Shown here piece by piece: positions 25,308-43,829 of a stretch of DNA of 64,000 bases. The first letter of the stretch is position 1; each line of letters opens with the position of its first letter. Source of the DNA: the human T2T-CHM13v2.0 reference genome, Homo sapiens. The translations under genes were made by a program, and so were the position numbers. The notes beneath the pieces were generated by a model. That model did not search any database. It was not told the origin of the DNA and saw only the letters and a program-made list of their open reading frames with translations. The stretch lies in assembly GCF_009914755.1 (NCBI RefSeq), contig NC_060929.1, one strand, 5' to 3'.

Positions 25308-26900
25308 GCTATGTTGAACTATAGGTCAATAAAACCTCTTTCCTTTGTATAAATTACCCAGTCTTGAGTATTTCCTTATAGCAATGTGAAAACAGAGAAA
25401 TACAGAAAATTTGTACCAGCAGAGTGGAGCACTGCTATAAAGATACCTAAATATGTGGAAGCAACTTTGGAACTGGGTAATGGGCAGAGGTCAGAACAGT
25501 TTGGAAGGGTCAGAAGAAGATAGAAAGATTTGGGAAAATTTGGGACTTCTTAGACACTTGTTGAATGTTTTTGACCATAATGCTGATAGTAATATGGGCA
25601 ATCAAGCCCAGGCTGACGTGGTCTTATTTGGAGATGAGGAACTTCTTGGGAACTGGAGCAAAGATCACCCTTGCTGTGCTTTAGTGAAGAGACTGGAGGC
25701 ATTTTGTCCCTGACATAGAGATCTGTGGAACTTTGACCTTGAGAGAGATTATTTAGGGTATCTGACAGAAGAAATTTCTAAGCAGCAAAGCATGCAAAAT
25801 GTGGCCTGGCTTTTTCTGAAAGCTTACCGTCATATGCATTCACAAAGAGATGATTTGAAATTGAAACTTATGTTTAAAAGGGAAGCAGAGCATAAAAATT
25901 TGGAGAATTTGCAGCCTGACCATGTGGTAGAAAAGAAAAACTCACTTTCTGGGGAGAAATTCAAGCCTGTTGCAAAAATTTGCATAAATAATGAGGAACC
26001 AAATTTTAATATCCAAGACAATGGGGAAAATGTCTCCAGGGCATCTGAGATATCTTTGCAGCAGCCCCTGCCATCACAGGCCGGGAGGCCAAGGAGGGAA
26101 AGGTGGTTTCCTGGGCCTGGCCCAAGGCCCCACTGTTCTGTGCAGCCTCAGGACATGGTGCCCTGCATCCCAGCCACTCTGGCTCCAGTCGTAGCTAAAT
26201 GGGGCCAACTTAAAGCTCAGGCCATGGATTCTGAGGTGTCAAGACCCAAGTCTTGGTGGCTTCTACATGGTGCTGTGCCTGCAGGTGTACAGAAGAGTTG
26301 AGCCTTGGGGGCCTCCATCTTGATTTCAGAGGATGTATGGAAATGCCTGAATGTCCAGTAAGAAGTCTGTTGAAGGGGGCATAGCCCTCATCGAGAACCT
26401 CTGCTAGGGCAATCAGAGGTAGAATGTAGCATTGGAGCCCCCACACAGAGTCCCCCATGAGGCACTCCCTAGTGGAGCTGTGAGAAAAGGACCACCATGC
26501 TCTAGACCCCAGAATGGCAGCTGACAGCTTGCACTGTGCTCCTGGAAAAAACACAGGCACTCTGTCTCATGTGCTTTAACCAGAAGAGCCACAGCGGTGA
26601 AGCTGCCCAGGGCCGTGGGAGCTGTCCAAGGCCAAGGGAGCCCACCCTTGCATCAGTGTGCCCTAGATGTGAGACATGGAGTCAAAGGAGATTATTTTGG
26701 AGCTTTAAGATTTAATAACTGCCCGACTGATTTTCAGACTTGCATGGGGCCCCGGACCTCTTTGATTTGGCCAATCTCTCCTACTCAGAATAGGAACATT
26801 TACCCAATGCCTGTACTCCCATTGTATCTTGGAAGTAACTAACTTGTTTTTGATTTTACAAGCTCAGAGGTGGAAGGGACTAGCCTTGTCTCAGATTAGA
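25308..26900 (+). mobile_element. MSTA/THE1D-like MaLR: last ~95 bp of 5' LTR plus internal region, no 3' LTR
   Basis: LTR end aataaaacctctttc...ataaattacccagtc...aataca (to 25403); internal ORF pieces MWKQLWNWVMGRG and ...PLYLGSN. Confidence 0.85.
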
Positions 26901-28007
26901 TTTTAAATAATTTTAACTAATATATTCTATTTTTTCTACAGATGAATAATTACTGAGTATTTTGATAACAACACTTAAGAATACATTTGTCTCTTTTTTG
27001 TATTAAAATATACTTCTTATTTAAATAATTTGTATTTTTAAAATATTAACTCCCACGATATCACTGTAATGTTGGCAGTTGTAATATCTCATAATATTAA
27101 TAAAACATAACTTTATACTCTTCCCTGCAAGGTAAAAATAGATTTAAAATAACGGGCTTATGTAATTCATGTGACAGAGTTTTGGAAGAACTTAGGTATC
27201 TTTATTTTCTAGAAAACTATTAAGATAGCTAGAATTCATTACTTTTATTCTTCTGCATAACATGACACTGTAAGCAATTAGCAATAAATTTATATATTTG
27301 TCGATAAATACTGAACACTTTAAAATTATATTTTAATATAAATACGATTTCATTTGAATAATATGAGTTCATTCACAGGTAGATTAGTATAATGTGGCTT
27401 TCAATGTGAAATATATTTTTAAAATATAACATTTTTACTTCATTGACTGTGAATATACACATATGAGATCTGCCTATTTAATGCTATATGTATGAGAAAA
27501 TATAAGCAACACTATCAGGACGTTTAAAGTTATCTTTCCCAGCTTATTCTCAAAATGATAAATAATTGCACATAAACAGTAAGAGGATTTCTAATGGACA
27601 AAATGCAGTTACTCTTTAAATGCAAATATTTTTTTAAAAGTATTCACAAATATCATGCAATCATTAGAAGTCCAAATATAAATAAATTCTAGAGTTTAAA
27701 CTCAATTACGAATTTCTTAAAAGTGGTGAGAGAAGAAATGAGAGATCATGGGAAAACTGCATTTCTTGGCGTGCCTCACAATTTATGTGTAAGATTTGAT
27801 GCAGTGTTTCATTCCACATATTTTCACTCTCTCAAGGTTGTTTTAACTAAAAGTCAGCTTTAAATTTTACTTATTAGTGGCCATTTCTCAGTACTATAAT
27901 GGTAATTGTATTTTTTATCATGTAACACCGAGTGAGTGATATGAAAAACAGAAAGTTTTACCTAAATTATTGCTAATTATTTTTCAACCAGTCAGAAGGC
28001 TACTGTT

Positions 28008-28170
28008 GGCTGGGCAAACTGTTTCATATCTGTAATCCCAGTATTTTGGGAGGTTAAGGCAGGAGGATTTCTTGAGCAGAGGGGGTCAAGGCTGCAGTGG
28101 GCCAAGATCACCCTACGGCACTCCAGCCTAGGTGACAGAGTGAGCCCCATATCAAAAAAAATATAAATAA
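28008..28170 (+). mobile_element. Alu monomer (FAM/FRAM-like, or an internally recombined AluJ)
   Basis: Left-arm-like start joined to gcagtg...cactccagcctaggtgacagagtgag and an A tail; ~160 bp. Confidence 0.8.
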
Positions 28171-28228
28171 ACAAATGGCCATTGTTGGTTAGGAGTATAG
28201 ATTGTGGCACAGTTAGAAAAAATTCTGC

Positions 28229-28565
<337 letters not shown>

Positions 28566-28914
28566 TCATTAGATAATATACTCACAGGGAAGACAACATA
28601 AAAGGCCAAACTAATTTCATATTATTACAGAAGCAAGCTATAACTTCTTGCAATACAGAGAGGTCCTCGAGGTTAGTGTCCTTGAAAATAGAAACTTCAA
28701 AAGGAGTACCTACTGAATCTCCTTATTTCCTAGACACTGAGAAGACACTAGATTGATTTCCCTGGAAGCCTGGGGCATCAAAAAAAATTACATTGAAATT
28801 CAAGTATTTGAATTTGGGTAAATGGATATTGTCAGAGCAGATGTTCTTTAGAAACAAGTTTGTGGTTTCCTTTGATCAAATGTTCATGAACATAAGAATT
28901 CCATGTGATTTATT

Positions 28915-29030
28915 AAAATGACCTTGGGGAAGTTACCTAAATTTACTGAGTCAGTTTTCTTTTATATAACATGGATAAAATATTAGCTATATAAATATAC
29001 TAGGAGATAAAAATGAGATACATATTTTTA
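28915..29030 (+). mobile_element. MIR fragment
   Basis: tgaccttggggaagttacctaa...tcagttttct...ataaaatgagata. Confidence 0.55.
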
Positions 29031-29359
29031 AATGCCTTTGCAATTTAAGTCCAATTTAGACCAGATAACCAGATGAGCATGCAATAACTCAACCTTATAG
29101 TAAACATCAAATGTTTACTTGGACAATAACTAATTTTGTCAATCAGAAAACGAACAAATTTCAGAAACTTGACTTACACAAACACACACACACATAAGGA
29201 CACACGCACGCTCACATATTTAATTTTTGTTCTGGTGTTATGTATTCAGTTAAAAAGGGAGATAGCTCCTTGTGCATGAAGCTAGCATCTCTCCCTCTGC
29301 TCCTTATTCCAGAATTCTTGTTACATATATGCCCTGAATTTAATGAGCTAAGGGTTTAA

Positions 29360-29726
<367 letters not shown>

Positions 29727-31032
29727 CATCTACTTATTATTTTCATTTATTTCTACTGTTTAGTCAAGAAATTGTTATGTGTAAGTTAGGGAAATTCCTC
29801 AGACAACCTTAACCCAAAGGGAAATTTATTATCATGTGTATCCTTTAAATGCAGGAGCTAGTAGTCGGCATGACTGAGACATAGTGTCTCTAACAAAGTT
29901 GTGAATTTCTAAAACTTTATGTCTGGGTAATTTTTTCTCTAAGAATAAAATTAATTAATTTGTTTTTCTGTGTGTGTTTGTTTGCCTGCTTATTTATTTT
30001 CAGTCTTGAGTGAGCTAGGGAACATGGTTTCAGATATCCCAAACTTTCCACATTCTCATGACTTAAGATTTCAGAAGGTGCCCCCAGTGTTATGCCAAAT
30101 TATGGAAAACACCAATGCACTTGTTTTGTGATGCATGGCCATCCCTCAACCAATAATTTTGTAATTATATGTATTGTCCCACTGGGTCCCATGCTAATTA
30201 CTATAGGCATTGGGATGTGTGAATACACCGGATGAATGCCTCCTCTCAAGACATGGATTGGGACATACGTAATTTCCCAAATGTCAGACAAAAAAAGGTT
30301 TTTATACCACAAGAAAATTCAAGCTAATGCAAGTCAACAAAAACATTAAATGTCTTATCTGTATGTACTTCTTGGCTATGAAGCGTACACATCCGCCATT
30401 TTCCTAGACATATAATTTTAAAAGGAAACTGCTACATACAACCAGGAGAAGTAACTGAAAAGCAGTATTGCTTTGGCACTGACCAATCAGAAAGGATCCC
30501 ATCTAGAAACAATATTTTGTCATAAGGCATATTGACTAAATATCACTAGACAAATAAATCTCAAACAATCCTTTGCTTGCTGAAAAACAAACAAACTGAG
30601 TGTTATCAGGGTGTGTCTTTCTGCCTTGGTTAATTTCAGCAACCAATGAATAAAAGACAATTAAAACCACTACCAAAATGATGGCTATGCAGTGTTAGGA
30701 CAAAAAAAATGGGATACTATAATAGAATTTCATATTTTAAAAATTACAAGTTAAGCAGTTATATGAGATTTTATTTCAAATTATATACCATATCATAATG
30801 GACAAACACTGCAAGCACAACTTGATGTTGTAGCAAATTGATTTCATTGATCAGACTATTTGACTGCTCAGAGTTTTGTTCTCAGAAACTCTCTTTCAAT
30901 TGTTCTATCCAATTGTCATGTGTTTTTCATATCTCCCATTTGTGCCTCCTGATCCATTCCACATTTGTCACTCTGCTTTCTGCTGTACTAAGTTCAAGGT
31001 TACTACATTATCTCTTGCAGTGCCAATATACC

Positions 31033-31511
31033 TCTTGCAGGTTGAATTGTTATCCCTCAAAAATCTATGCTATGAGTCCTAATCCCCAGTACCTATACAT
31101 GTGATGTTACTTTTGAAATAGTTTCTTTGTCAATGTAATCAACTTAAGATGAGATCATAATCAGACTAAGGTGAGCTCTTAATCAAATGACTGTTGTCCC
31201 TATAAGGAGAAAGAAATTTGGAGACACACAGAGATACAGAGGAGACACAGATGGGAAAATGCTAAGTTAGAATGGAGACAGAGATAGGAATAATGTAACT
31301 ATAAGTCAGTGAACATTATGGATTTTGAGAACCATTATATGCCAGGAAGGAGTCATTGATTGATTCTCCAATAGGGTATTAATAAAGAACCAACTCTACT
31401 GATGTCTTGATTTTGCCATCAAGCCTCCAGAACTGTGAGACAATAAATTCCTATTCTTGTATACCATCCAGTGGTGGTAAATTTTTATGGTGGTCCTGGG
31501 AAACTAATACA
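31033..31511 (+). mobile_element. MLT1C-like MaLR solo LTR
   Basis: gttgaattgt...cctccagaactgtgagacaataaatt...ggaaactaataca. Confidence 0.8.
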
Positions 31512-31712
31512 GCAAGCAACCTTTGGAAATAGTCCTTGGATTACTTCCACTGAGAAAGAGGCAAAGTATCAGGTTACTTTCAGGAAGAGCCCAGCATCGA
31601 AGTCACATAATATCCTGAGACTTGTCAAAGGCTATTGAGAGTCTTGCAGTCATATGCTAGGTGACTGTTTACTGCGGAATAATATAATTAATATAACAAT
31701 CATAATTTATAT

Positions 31713-32005
31713 CAAGGGTCCCCAGCCCTCAGGACACAGTCTAGTACAATCTATGGCATGTCAGGAGATGGGTTGCACAGCAGGAGGTACGCTACGAGAG
31801 AGCATTACCATCTGAGCTCTGCCTCATCAGGTCAGCAGTGGCATCAGATTCTCATAAAAGCACAAACTCTATTGTTAACTGCATGTGCAAGGGATCTAGG
31901 TCATGCATACTCCTTGTAAGAACCTAATGCCTAATTTTCTGCCCCATGGAAAAAATCGTCTTCCATGAAACCGGTAATTTGTGCCAAAAATATTGAGGAC
32001 TGCTG
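31713..32005 (+). mobile_element. MER1 (MER1B-like) hAT-Charlie DNA transposon with 8-bp TSD
   Basis: caagggtcccc...gcacagcaggaggt...agattctcata...gcaagggatctagg...gaggactgctg; TSD atttatat/atttagat. Confidence 0.85.
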
Positions 32006-32013
32006 ATTTAGAT

Positions 32014-34170
32014 TATAAGTAACAAAAATTGAGGATATTATATAATTACTTTGAGATTTGCTGATCTTCAGAAATTCAAAATGCCATAATTGGCCACCAG
32101 TCATAGTAGTTTTAAATGAAGTATTAGCCCAAGTGTCTTCTAACGATGGGTCCAATGTGACTATTGAACCATTGTATAATTATTTCTTCCAACTCAAAAC
32201 AGGTAGCCAGGATAGATACACTTAGCAATTGAAAGAATCTGCACACTGGTGCCTAACCTATGGAATGATAGCACAGACAGGAATCATAGCACATAGATAG
32301 GACTAGTTAGAAGCTTCTGGAAATGTCCACACTTTACAAAGAAGGTGAGCCATACCAGTATTACATCCTAGACTGAACTGTAGAGATTACTGTTACCATA
32401 AAAGACTTGAGAGATTCAGAGCTGATATTCGCTATCTTATCTCCATTTACACCTTTTAATCATCACTAAACCCAGATGAATTATAAAGAATTACCATGAT
32501 ACCATTCGTAGGTGGTGATGCTAATCATGGCTTATGCTCCAGGTGTGGCGTCTTTATTGAAATAATGAAAATCTTGGCATCTATTATGCAACTTATTTCT
32601 GTAAGTTAGAAAAGAATGATAATTTAAGTTAGGCTAAGATCATGCTTGGTGTCCTGCTGCAGAGCTACGTCAATTTCCTTTCTCTGTCATAGTAGAGTTG
32701 AGAAGTGAGTTGATTATCTAAGACATCTGAATTCCAAGGGTCAATGGGTGTCATTTTTAAGTAAGAGGCTTCCTGTACCATCTGCAATTTTGAAAAATGC
32801 AAAAGTCTTGATTTGTCTCCTTGGATTTTGGAGGAAACGTATATCACAATTGGCTATGCTGCTTAACCCATTTATCAGGTAACCCATAAGGCTGCCAATG
32901 TTGAGTGGGTCTTGGAGCAAAAGACCTCTCTGCATCAGGTTCAAGCTGTGGTACAAGCTGTCCTGCTTTGTGATCCATCAAATAAAAGAGTATTAGAAGT
33001 ATCAGCGGCACTGATAGATTCTGTATAGAGTCTTGGGTGAGTCCCATTTAGAGAATCACAGCATGGATTGTAGTGTTTTGGGAGAATGCCAAGTTTTTGC
33101 CTGAAAATGAGCACTGGTAAAAGCTAAACTCCTGACTAGGGGACACCAGGTGACTATGAATCTCTAATCAGTCCTCATAAGCATAGTGTATAAGATAAAT
33201 TAACCTGTAAAATTACATGTGTGTAGTTGCACTCAAATTTAAGATCGAATATCTATAATTCACATTCTACTCTAAGCATGACTTTGAAACTGTAGGTCCT
33301 GAGAGTACATGTCAACTGCATAAGAAGGTGGTTCAGACCCCTGTTATACCTACCTGTTATAACTACTTTGCTACCTTTCTCTCAATTCATACCTAGGGTG
33401 TCATGGCGAATTGCCTATGACCTGTGCTTGTTTATAGTTGGATGTGATTTATTTTCCATATACAGCTGATCATGTGTGGCTGCTGCACTACGATGTGACT
33501 TAGAGTGCCCTGAATGACTTTAGTGACAGGAAATCCTTCCAATAAGCAGATTCTTAGGTAAAGTTTCTTGTCTACTTTGTGTGGAAGTATAGATGACCTG
33601 AAATGTGACTATATACAGGTAGGATTCTAGATAGTAACTATTAAGTTGGCCAGCTTGAGTAGAATTTGGAAAATAAAATAAAATTTAAAAATTAATGTAA
33701 CAAAGACATCTCTGAGGAAATAAGTATGTTGGTGTTACTCTTTGAGTGGGCACATGTAGAGCGATTTATGACCAATGTATATGCCTGCCAAGAGGCAACT
33801 ATGGTGAAAGATCATGAGCTCCAATACATAGACTACTCTCCAGGATTTATCTGCATAATTTGGCTGAGTGTAAAACCTGCAAGCACGACAGGCCAATGTT
33901 ATTATCCTGAAATGGTATCATTACCACGCAGTGACCAACTTTCTGCATAGTGGTAGCTTGATTACATCTTTTCTATTTTGAAAAGAACGGTGTTGCTTTT
34001 CTCATAGGAATGGAAACATATTCAGGATATACATTTTCCTTTCCAGGCAGCAGCACTTCTGCCAGCATTACTAGTTATGGAGTTACAATAATCCTCATCT
34101 ATTGCCATGTTGTACGACTCAATGTTGTTTCTGCTCAGGACACACTTTTCACAGTTTAACAAATGCATAA
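32014..34170 (+). mobile_element. Ancient ERVL-class internal region (pro/pol relic)
   Basis: Decayed pol translations: FWRKRISQLAMLLNPFIR then, after a frameshift, VTHKAANVEWVLEQKTSLHQVQAVVQA (~32827-32960); ITVTIKDL at ~32386; APGVASLL at ~32535. Confidence 0.75.
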
Positions 34171-34194
34171 CTTCCACTTCTGACCAAGATGGAA

Positions 34195-37874
<3,680 letters not shown>

Positions 37875-40800
37875 GTATACTGTTGATTGAATCACTAATT
37901 ATAACCAAAATAATTAATTTAATGTATGTGTGCATTTTGTATCATTTTTGGTTAGATTTCTTTGAGCAGCTACTTTGGCATTGTGTAGAGCCAATTAGAA
38001 ATGAAACATATACAAATGATTCCCTGTATTTTTGGAAGAAATTCATCATGTCAAAATTTATTTAAATATTTTGATAGGTACATATGTAAAATATTAAATT
38101 ATTATATAACTACATATTTTAATAATTTCTATCAGTTAATGATTTTATTAACCCCTTTTTTCATTTTGAGAGACATTGAAGCTACTGTTTTATTTTCATT
38201 GTAAATCTTAACATGCATTCATCTCTTAAAGACTGCAGGTTGCTTAGCAAAGGAAGCTTTGTGCTGTCAGTACTTCATCATAGAATAAATGATCATGTCT
38301 ATATACATGTAAATAGTACAAAGACTAATCCTGCCTTGGTGTATCAAAGCATCCCAATTCTGTTTCTAAATGATAAGTGGCATTGTACAGAGAAAGGTAT
38401 CTAAATCTTCTTAGACATTCTGCATAAATAAGAAATGTTATTTAATTGGAACTAGCTGCATGAAAATGGGGCTTCTGTTTGGAGAGATTAAGGTGTGATT
38501 TATCATATTGGTAAGAGTCAGATTCTTGCCAATCCTGATCCACCATGTCAGCTGCCTCTAGTATATTCAGAAATTCTTTCTTCAAAATCAAATAAGCCCA
38601 TCCACATTGATACTATTTAAGTGAACCCTTGATGCATTTTGAAAATTTGAGCAAAATTACAAATATTTTACATGTGTTTTTCATCTTTTTCATCATTATT
38701 TTCTACAATGTGTCTGGACTGTTTTTCAGCAATCAGCAGCTTCATGTTTGGGAATACAATTCTATCCAAAATTTTTTAACATTTCTATTGGAGAAATTCA
38801 TTGAAACTCCAGTGTTTTTACCTGATTTAGAATGCAGTCTTGTTCCTGAGAGAAAATACAAATGAATCTCAAAACTATAGCCTTCTTGCATTTGATATTT
38901 CAGAAAAGCTTCTCAAAAGCCCCAGCTGTCAGGAATTGAGATTTGGACCTGCTTTAAGTCACTAAGTTCAACAAATACACCTGAAGGGGATTATAAACAG
39001 CCAGCACATCCCTTGTTATCACTTTGTCTGATGAACACTTTATCTTTGAAACCGTATAAGGACTTAGGTTGGCAAGTGTTGCCCTAAATTGGATTTGACA
39101 TATTAGATTCTTAAAGAAAAAAATTATCAGCAGCCATAAGGAATATCATATTGACAAGAAACAGAGAAAAGCCTTTAGAAATAAGGTAACTGGAAAAAAT
39201 ATTTTTCAAATTACCTTTGTTTATCTTGCCCCATTAAAAGAAAATTAGCTAGAACATGAAAAGAGAATTAGCAGTAAAAGATAATTAGCTACAATACTAC
39301 AACCCTTAGTAAAATTCAACATAACTGTAACAGATGAAGTTAAAATATAATATAAATTAACTTAAACATTTGTTTTCCCACAAATCTTGGTAACATCATC
39401 ATATGGAGTGTTCACATTCCAAGTAATTTTAATCTCACATATATAAGTTGTGTATGCATATTTATTCAGAAATCTGAATCTTTTTAGTAAGTTTTAGAAA
39501 CTATGATATAGAATTTCTTGTCATATTTCCTAAGAAGCAAATGAAAGTAAATTCATTCATACCGTCTTAATGAAAAATTCATGCTTTCACTTATGTTAGC
39601 TTAATTGTAATGATTTAGAATTTTTAGACAAGTCATAAAACCAATGTAGTATGAAGGTTCTTAACTGTTGGAGCTAATGGCGAAGTCAATTTCATTGCAG
39701 TGTTTATTGAAGGCAGAGTGATTATATTAGAATCATTTATATGAGGATGCCCATTGCTGGTTGTCTCCAAATTAGAAAATAAAAAAGATAGTCAGTCTCC
39801 CGTGATGTTCTTAAAGTTTCAGAGAAAAAAATGAATAAAACATGAACTGCATCTAGCAACGGGATAAAAAGATTAAGATAGCATCGATCACAATTTATAT
39901 ATCACAATATAAAGAGGTTCTGGCTCCATGTCCTTTTTTTCCCTTGAACTCCATTTTAGTTATAAAGACTTTGTTAGAAGTCTTCCTTAATTATAGCTTC
40001 CATTTTCAAATTGTTTAAAATTAATGTTTACATTAATAAAGTCATTTTATATACTAATTAAAATGAACAAATTTATGACTAGATATATTCTTACTTACAT
40101 GAGATAAATATTCAATGTACATTCTTGACATTCCATCAATCTAATTTTAAAAAATTCAATCCAACAGCATAAAAATCACATTGAATAAAAGATTTTTTGA
40201 ACTCATTTAAAACCCAATGATGGAATCAGGAGAACGATGTATATACTCTCGCATTTATTGCTTTATCTGTAGGCCAGGGAGAATTGGGGAAGGCCAAAAC
40301 TGCCCTAGGAACTCCATGAACAGGTGAAGTTGGGCAGTAGTAATTATTAACATTATCTTCCCTGTTTAGTAAAAGAAAACAAAACAGGTTTATACTCTTT
40401 ATGATGATGGTTGTTTAGGTTTGCTCATTAATGATATCTTTGTTCCTCATAGCCACTGCGCATTGGAGTGCAAAATGCTAGTGTAGATGGAATATGGGCT
40501 AGCAGTGACGTGTAAAGTATCAGTGGGTAAGGCTTTGTTCAGATACATCCTAATTTAAGCTGTGTGACAAATGCTTTGCATAAGTGCTAGCAACATATTC
40601 AAATAATTCTTTGGGAACTAAACATGTACCTCTGACTCAGCAAAGAGGTGTTTTCTTTTTCTATATAGTATCATAGGAATAACAAATTGCAATATATGTG
40701 AAAAAACCATATTGAAATATGAAAAATAAATAAAATTACAGAGTTGATTTCCCGAGATGAAACTGTAACATTAATAAAAACTTTAATAACAATTTCTATA

Positions 40801-41178
40801 TTTTTTTACCAATCATTATCACCACATTTTGTGTTCATTATTATATAATAGCTAGTAGTCTTTCTTGAAAAAAAATCATTTTTATAAAGTAATAAACAGA
40901 AACAATTTTCAATAACAATTTTGAATGAACATAAAAGCAGATATACGTAATTGTGATATTTAAGCATCTTTTAAATGAGGGAGTCTACAGTGAATTTAAT
41001 CACATCACATATAGAAAGAGACAACAAAACTATAGTTGCTTTCTAAATGTATAATTACCATATCTGTGTATTATAATGAGAAAATGTTTTATCATTGAGC
41101 TAAATACTACGACCACCCTAATAAGCCAACAAAATTAAAAATTTAAACGAAATTCAATGTAAGTGGTTTCTCCATCTT

Positions 41179-41602
41179 CATGGTAATCGTGAAATGACCA
41201 GTTCTCAAAAATGGCATGCAATAAAAACATTTACCACGTTAATTTTAAAGATTTAAATAATTATTTTTCTCATTCATATAATCTCAAACATATAATGTCA
41301 TTTGTATTTTATGTATCATTTATTTTGCATACAAAATATATAGTGAAAGTACAACAAAGCAGGTCACGGTTATTTTCAGGCAGCCTATGTCATGGTAATC
41401 GTGAAATGACCAGTTCTCAAAAATGGCATGCAATAAAAACATTTACCACGTTAATTTTAAAGATTTAAATAATTATTTTTCTCATTCATATAATCTCAAA
41501 CATATAATGTCATTTGTATTTTATGTATCATTTATTTTGCATACAAAATATATAGTGAAAGTACAACAAAGCAGGTCACGGTTATTTTCAGGCAGCCTAT
41601 GT
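41179..41602. repeat. Perfect 212-bp tandem duplication
   Basis: catggtaatcgtgaaatgacc...ggcagcctatgt at 41179-41390 and 41391-41602; no mismatch seen; the two ORF translations are identical. Confidence 0.97.
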
Positions 41603-41859
41603 TAGACATAGGATGTAAACATGAAGAGATATAATTTACATAAATTCAGAACCTAGATTTGATTTAAATGGTAGCACACTATTCTACTTTTCCTGCAGTT
41701 TCTGAAGTTTTCTGGAACATTTTAAGCAGACTCATCTTTTCTATTCAAGGAAGTCGATTTAATTATCTAGTCCTTTAATTCTACCCAGTGATAAATATTA
41801 CTTTTCAAATTTTATATTAGCAATAAACCACAATAATAAAATTATTGATTAGAAATCCA

Positions 41860-42035
41860 TGTATAATAAAACCATTCATGTATTGACAGGAAATTATGTT
41901 CCAGGGATTGTACTAGCTATTTTAGAAAAGTATCAAAGTTAGAGATAAGAACCTAAAGCTTAGCGAGAGTTAATCACTTATTTATGACAACATAGCATAC
42001 AAGTGGCAGAATCTGAATTGAAACTATGTTTCTAA
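41860..42035 (-). mobile_element. MIR fragment
   Basis: agagttaatcactt...acatagc...aagtggcagaatctgaattgaa. Confidence 0.5.
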
Positions 42036-43829
42036 AATTGGCCTTTTCCAATCATGCCTTACTCCTATATGAATTTTGTTAAAGAAAAGTTCAGTGAAAT
42101 GCTCTTTCTTTCCATAATATTATTAAAAGTCGATGTAAGTTATTTTTCTTTAGCATAATTGTGCCATGAATATAAGAATTATTTCAGTCATGTTTGGATT
42201 CAAGAAATTGAGAACTACTTAAATTTGCCTAATGCTCTATTGGGGATGTATTTACTATTAATTGTGTATACATTTGAAAAATGGCTTCAGGATTATTTTT
42301 ACTGACTGAATCAGAATGTCATTACTATTATGCATATCTCTATTATTTGATATTTGATATCTAACTGATTAATAGACTATAACTTGAGAATTATAGCATA
42401 ATGCATTCACAGCTATGTTGTGATCACATTTTAAGAGATCTTCATTTTCATTCCTATTTTGCAAATCATATCTCTTTTAACATTTATTATTTTAGATGTT
42501 TTTATTCAAAAAGTAAGATTCAATTCAGAATATTATTTAAATTCAAATGGCCTGTGTGGAAAATAATTTTAGTAACCCCTCTAAGTCTCAATGTATCAAG
42601 TAGCAGAGGTATTATGATGGTTAACACTCCATTACTTTCTATAGTTCAAATAATCCCCTTATCAAGTTTATAAAAGCCCTGATGTGTTCCTTCTTTAATC
42701 ATAACGCTTCTCATCAAACAGAGTAGTTTGCAGCTGCTTAGCTTTCTTGCTCATCTGCTGGGACAAGCATCATTACTGCTAAGAGCTTCCTAAGTCATTC
42801 TTCATTTTTCTTAATAACAATGCAGGTTCAGAATTGCAACAATTGTCATTCATTGGGTATCCTCCAGCAATGTAATGAACAAAAGGTGGCTGCTGTCACT
42901 TAGCCACTCCATCAGGAATTTGTGTTTATTCTATCCGACAACTACAAAGACTTCTAATTTCAGAGAACAATTTCTTTCTGGTTCATTCTAATCACTAAGG
43001 ACTCTGGTTCACTTTTGAAAGGAAAGAAAAACTGTGCTTTGAAGAATTTCAAGCCTTCTTCTGAAAATCAAGCTCAGTGTTTTGTTGTAATTTTGTTACA
43101 GTTTAAAAATACTCTTTCTACAATGCCTGAATATGTGGATTTCTAAAAAAATACAATATGAAACATTTTGCCTTAGACTCTGTTTATTACATGGCCTCTA
43201 TAGTATCCTACTGGATAGATCTTATGTATATAAGATTCACAATCTGTTAAAATCCACAATCCTTTTAGCATATTTGTTTATAAAATAACTTTAAATACTA
43301 ATCTCACTTAAATTTTGATTTAATTATTAAATTATAGTGACTTTCACATACAGGTTTAGAGATAGCTCTAGAAATAGTGTTACATAAGAAACATTTTAAA
43401 CCCACATTTCTTGTTTTTTATCTAACCACTATACACAGCCACATACACAATTAAAAAAAAAAAAACTAACTAAAAAACCGTAAGTATTTATTTTCCTAAC
43501 GTATATGGTGAGTTTATGCAATCTTGGTTTGAAAAATATTGGTGTAATACATGAGAATATATTTAAGGCACACAGGTAAACAGTGGTAGTTCACTCCAAT
43601 GCCATTGTTACTATGCAAGAAACGTTATAGACTGCTCAAATTTAAAAGAATAAAAAAAGAAAGTACAAATAACAGATTTAGGCAAAAAGTGGCACAGAAC
43701 ATAAACAATATTTCCTGCTTGTCGATTGAAGGGCATACTTGACAATATTTTCGTTATAGACACTAAGATCCAAACATATTGTAGTGGTGACCTATTTGGG
43801 ATCCTCAAGGAACATTAAACATGAGAGCA

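Noticed and set aside
29760-30360. Possible ancient MLT1-type LTR (similar weak signals at 12480-12920 and 15850-16180)
   Set aside because: Too decayed to assign boundaries or family without an HMM search
41211-41605. Two identical ORFs suggesting a duplicated small gene
   Set aside because: By-product of the 212-bp duplication; AT-rich, with no recognisable domain or splice structure
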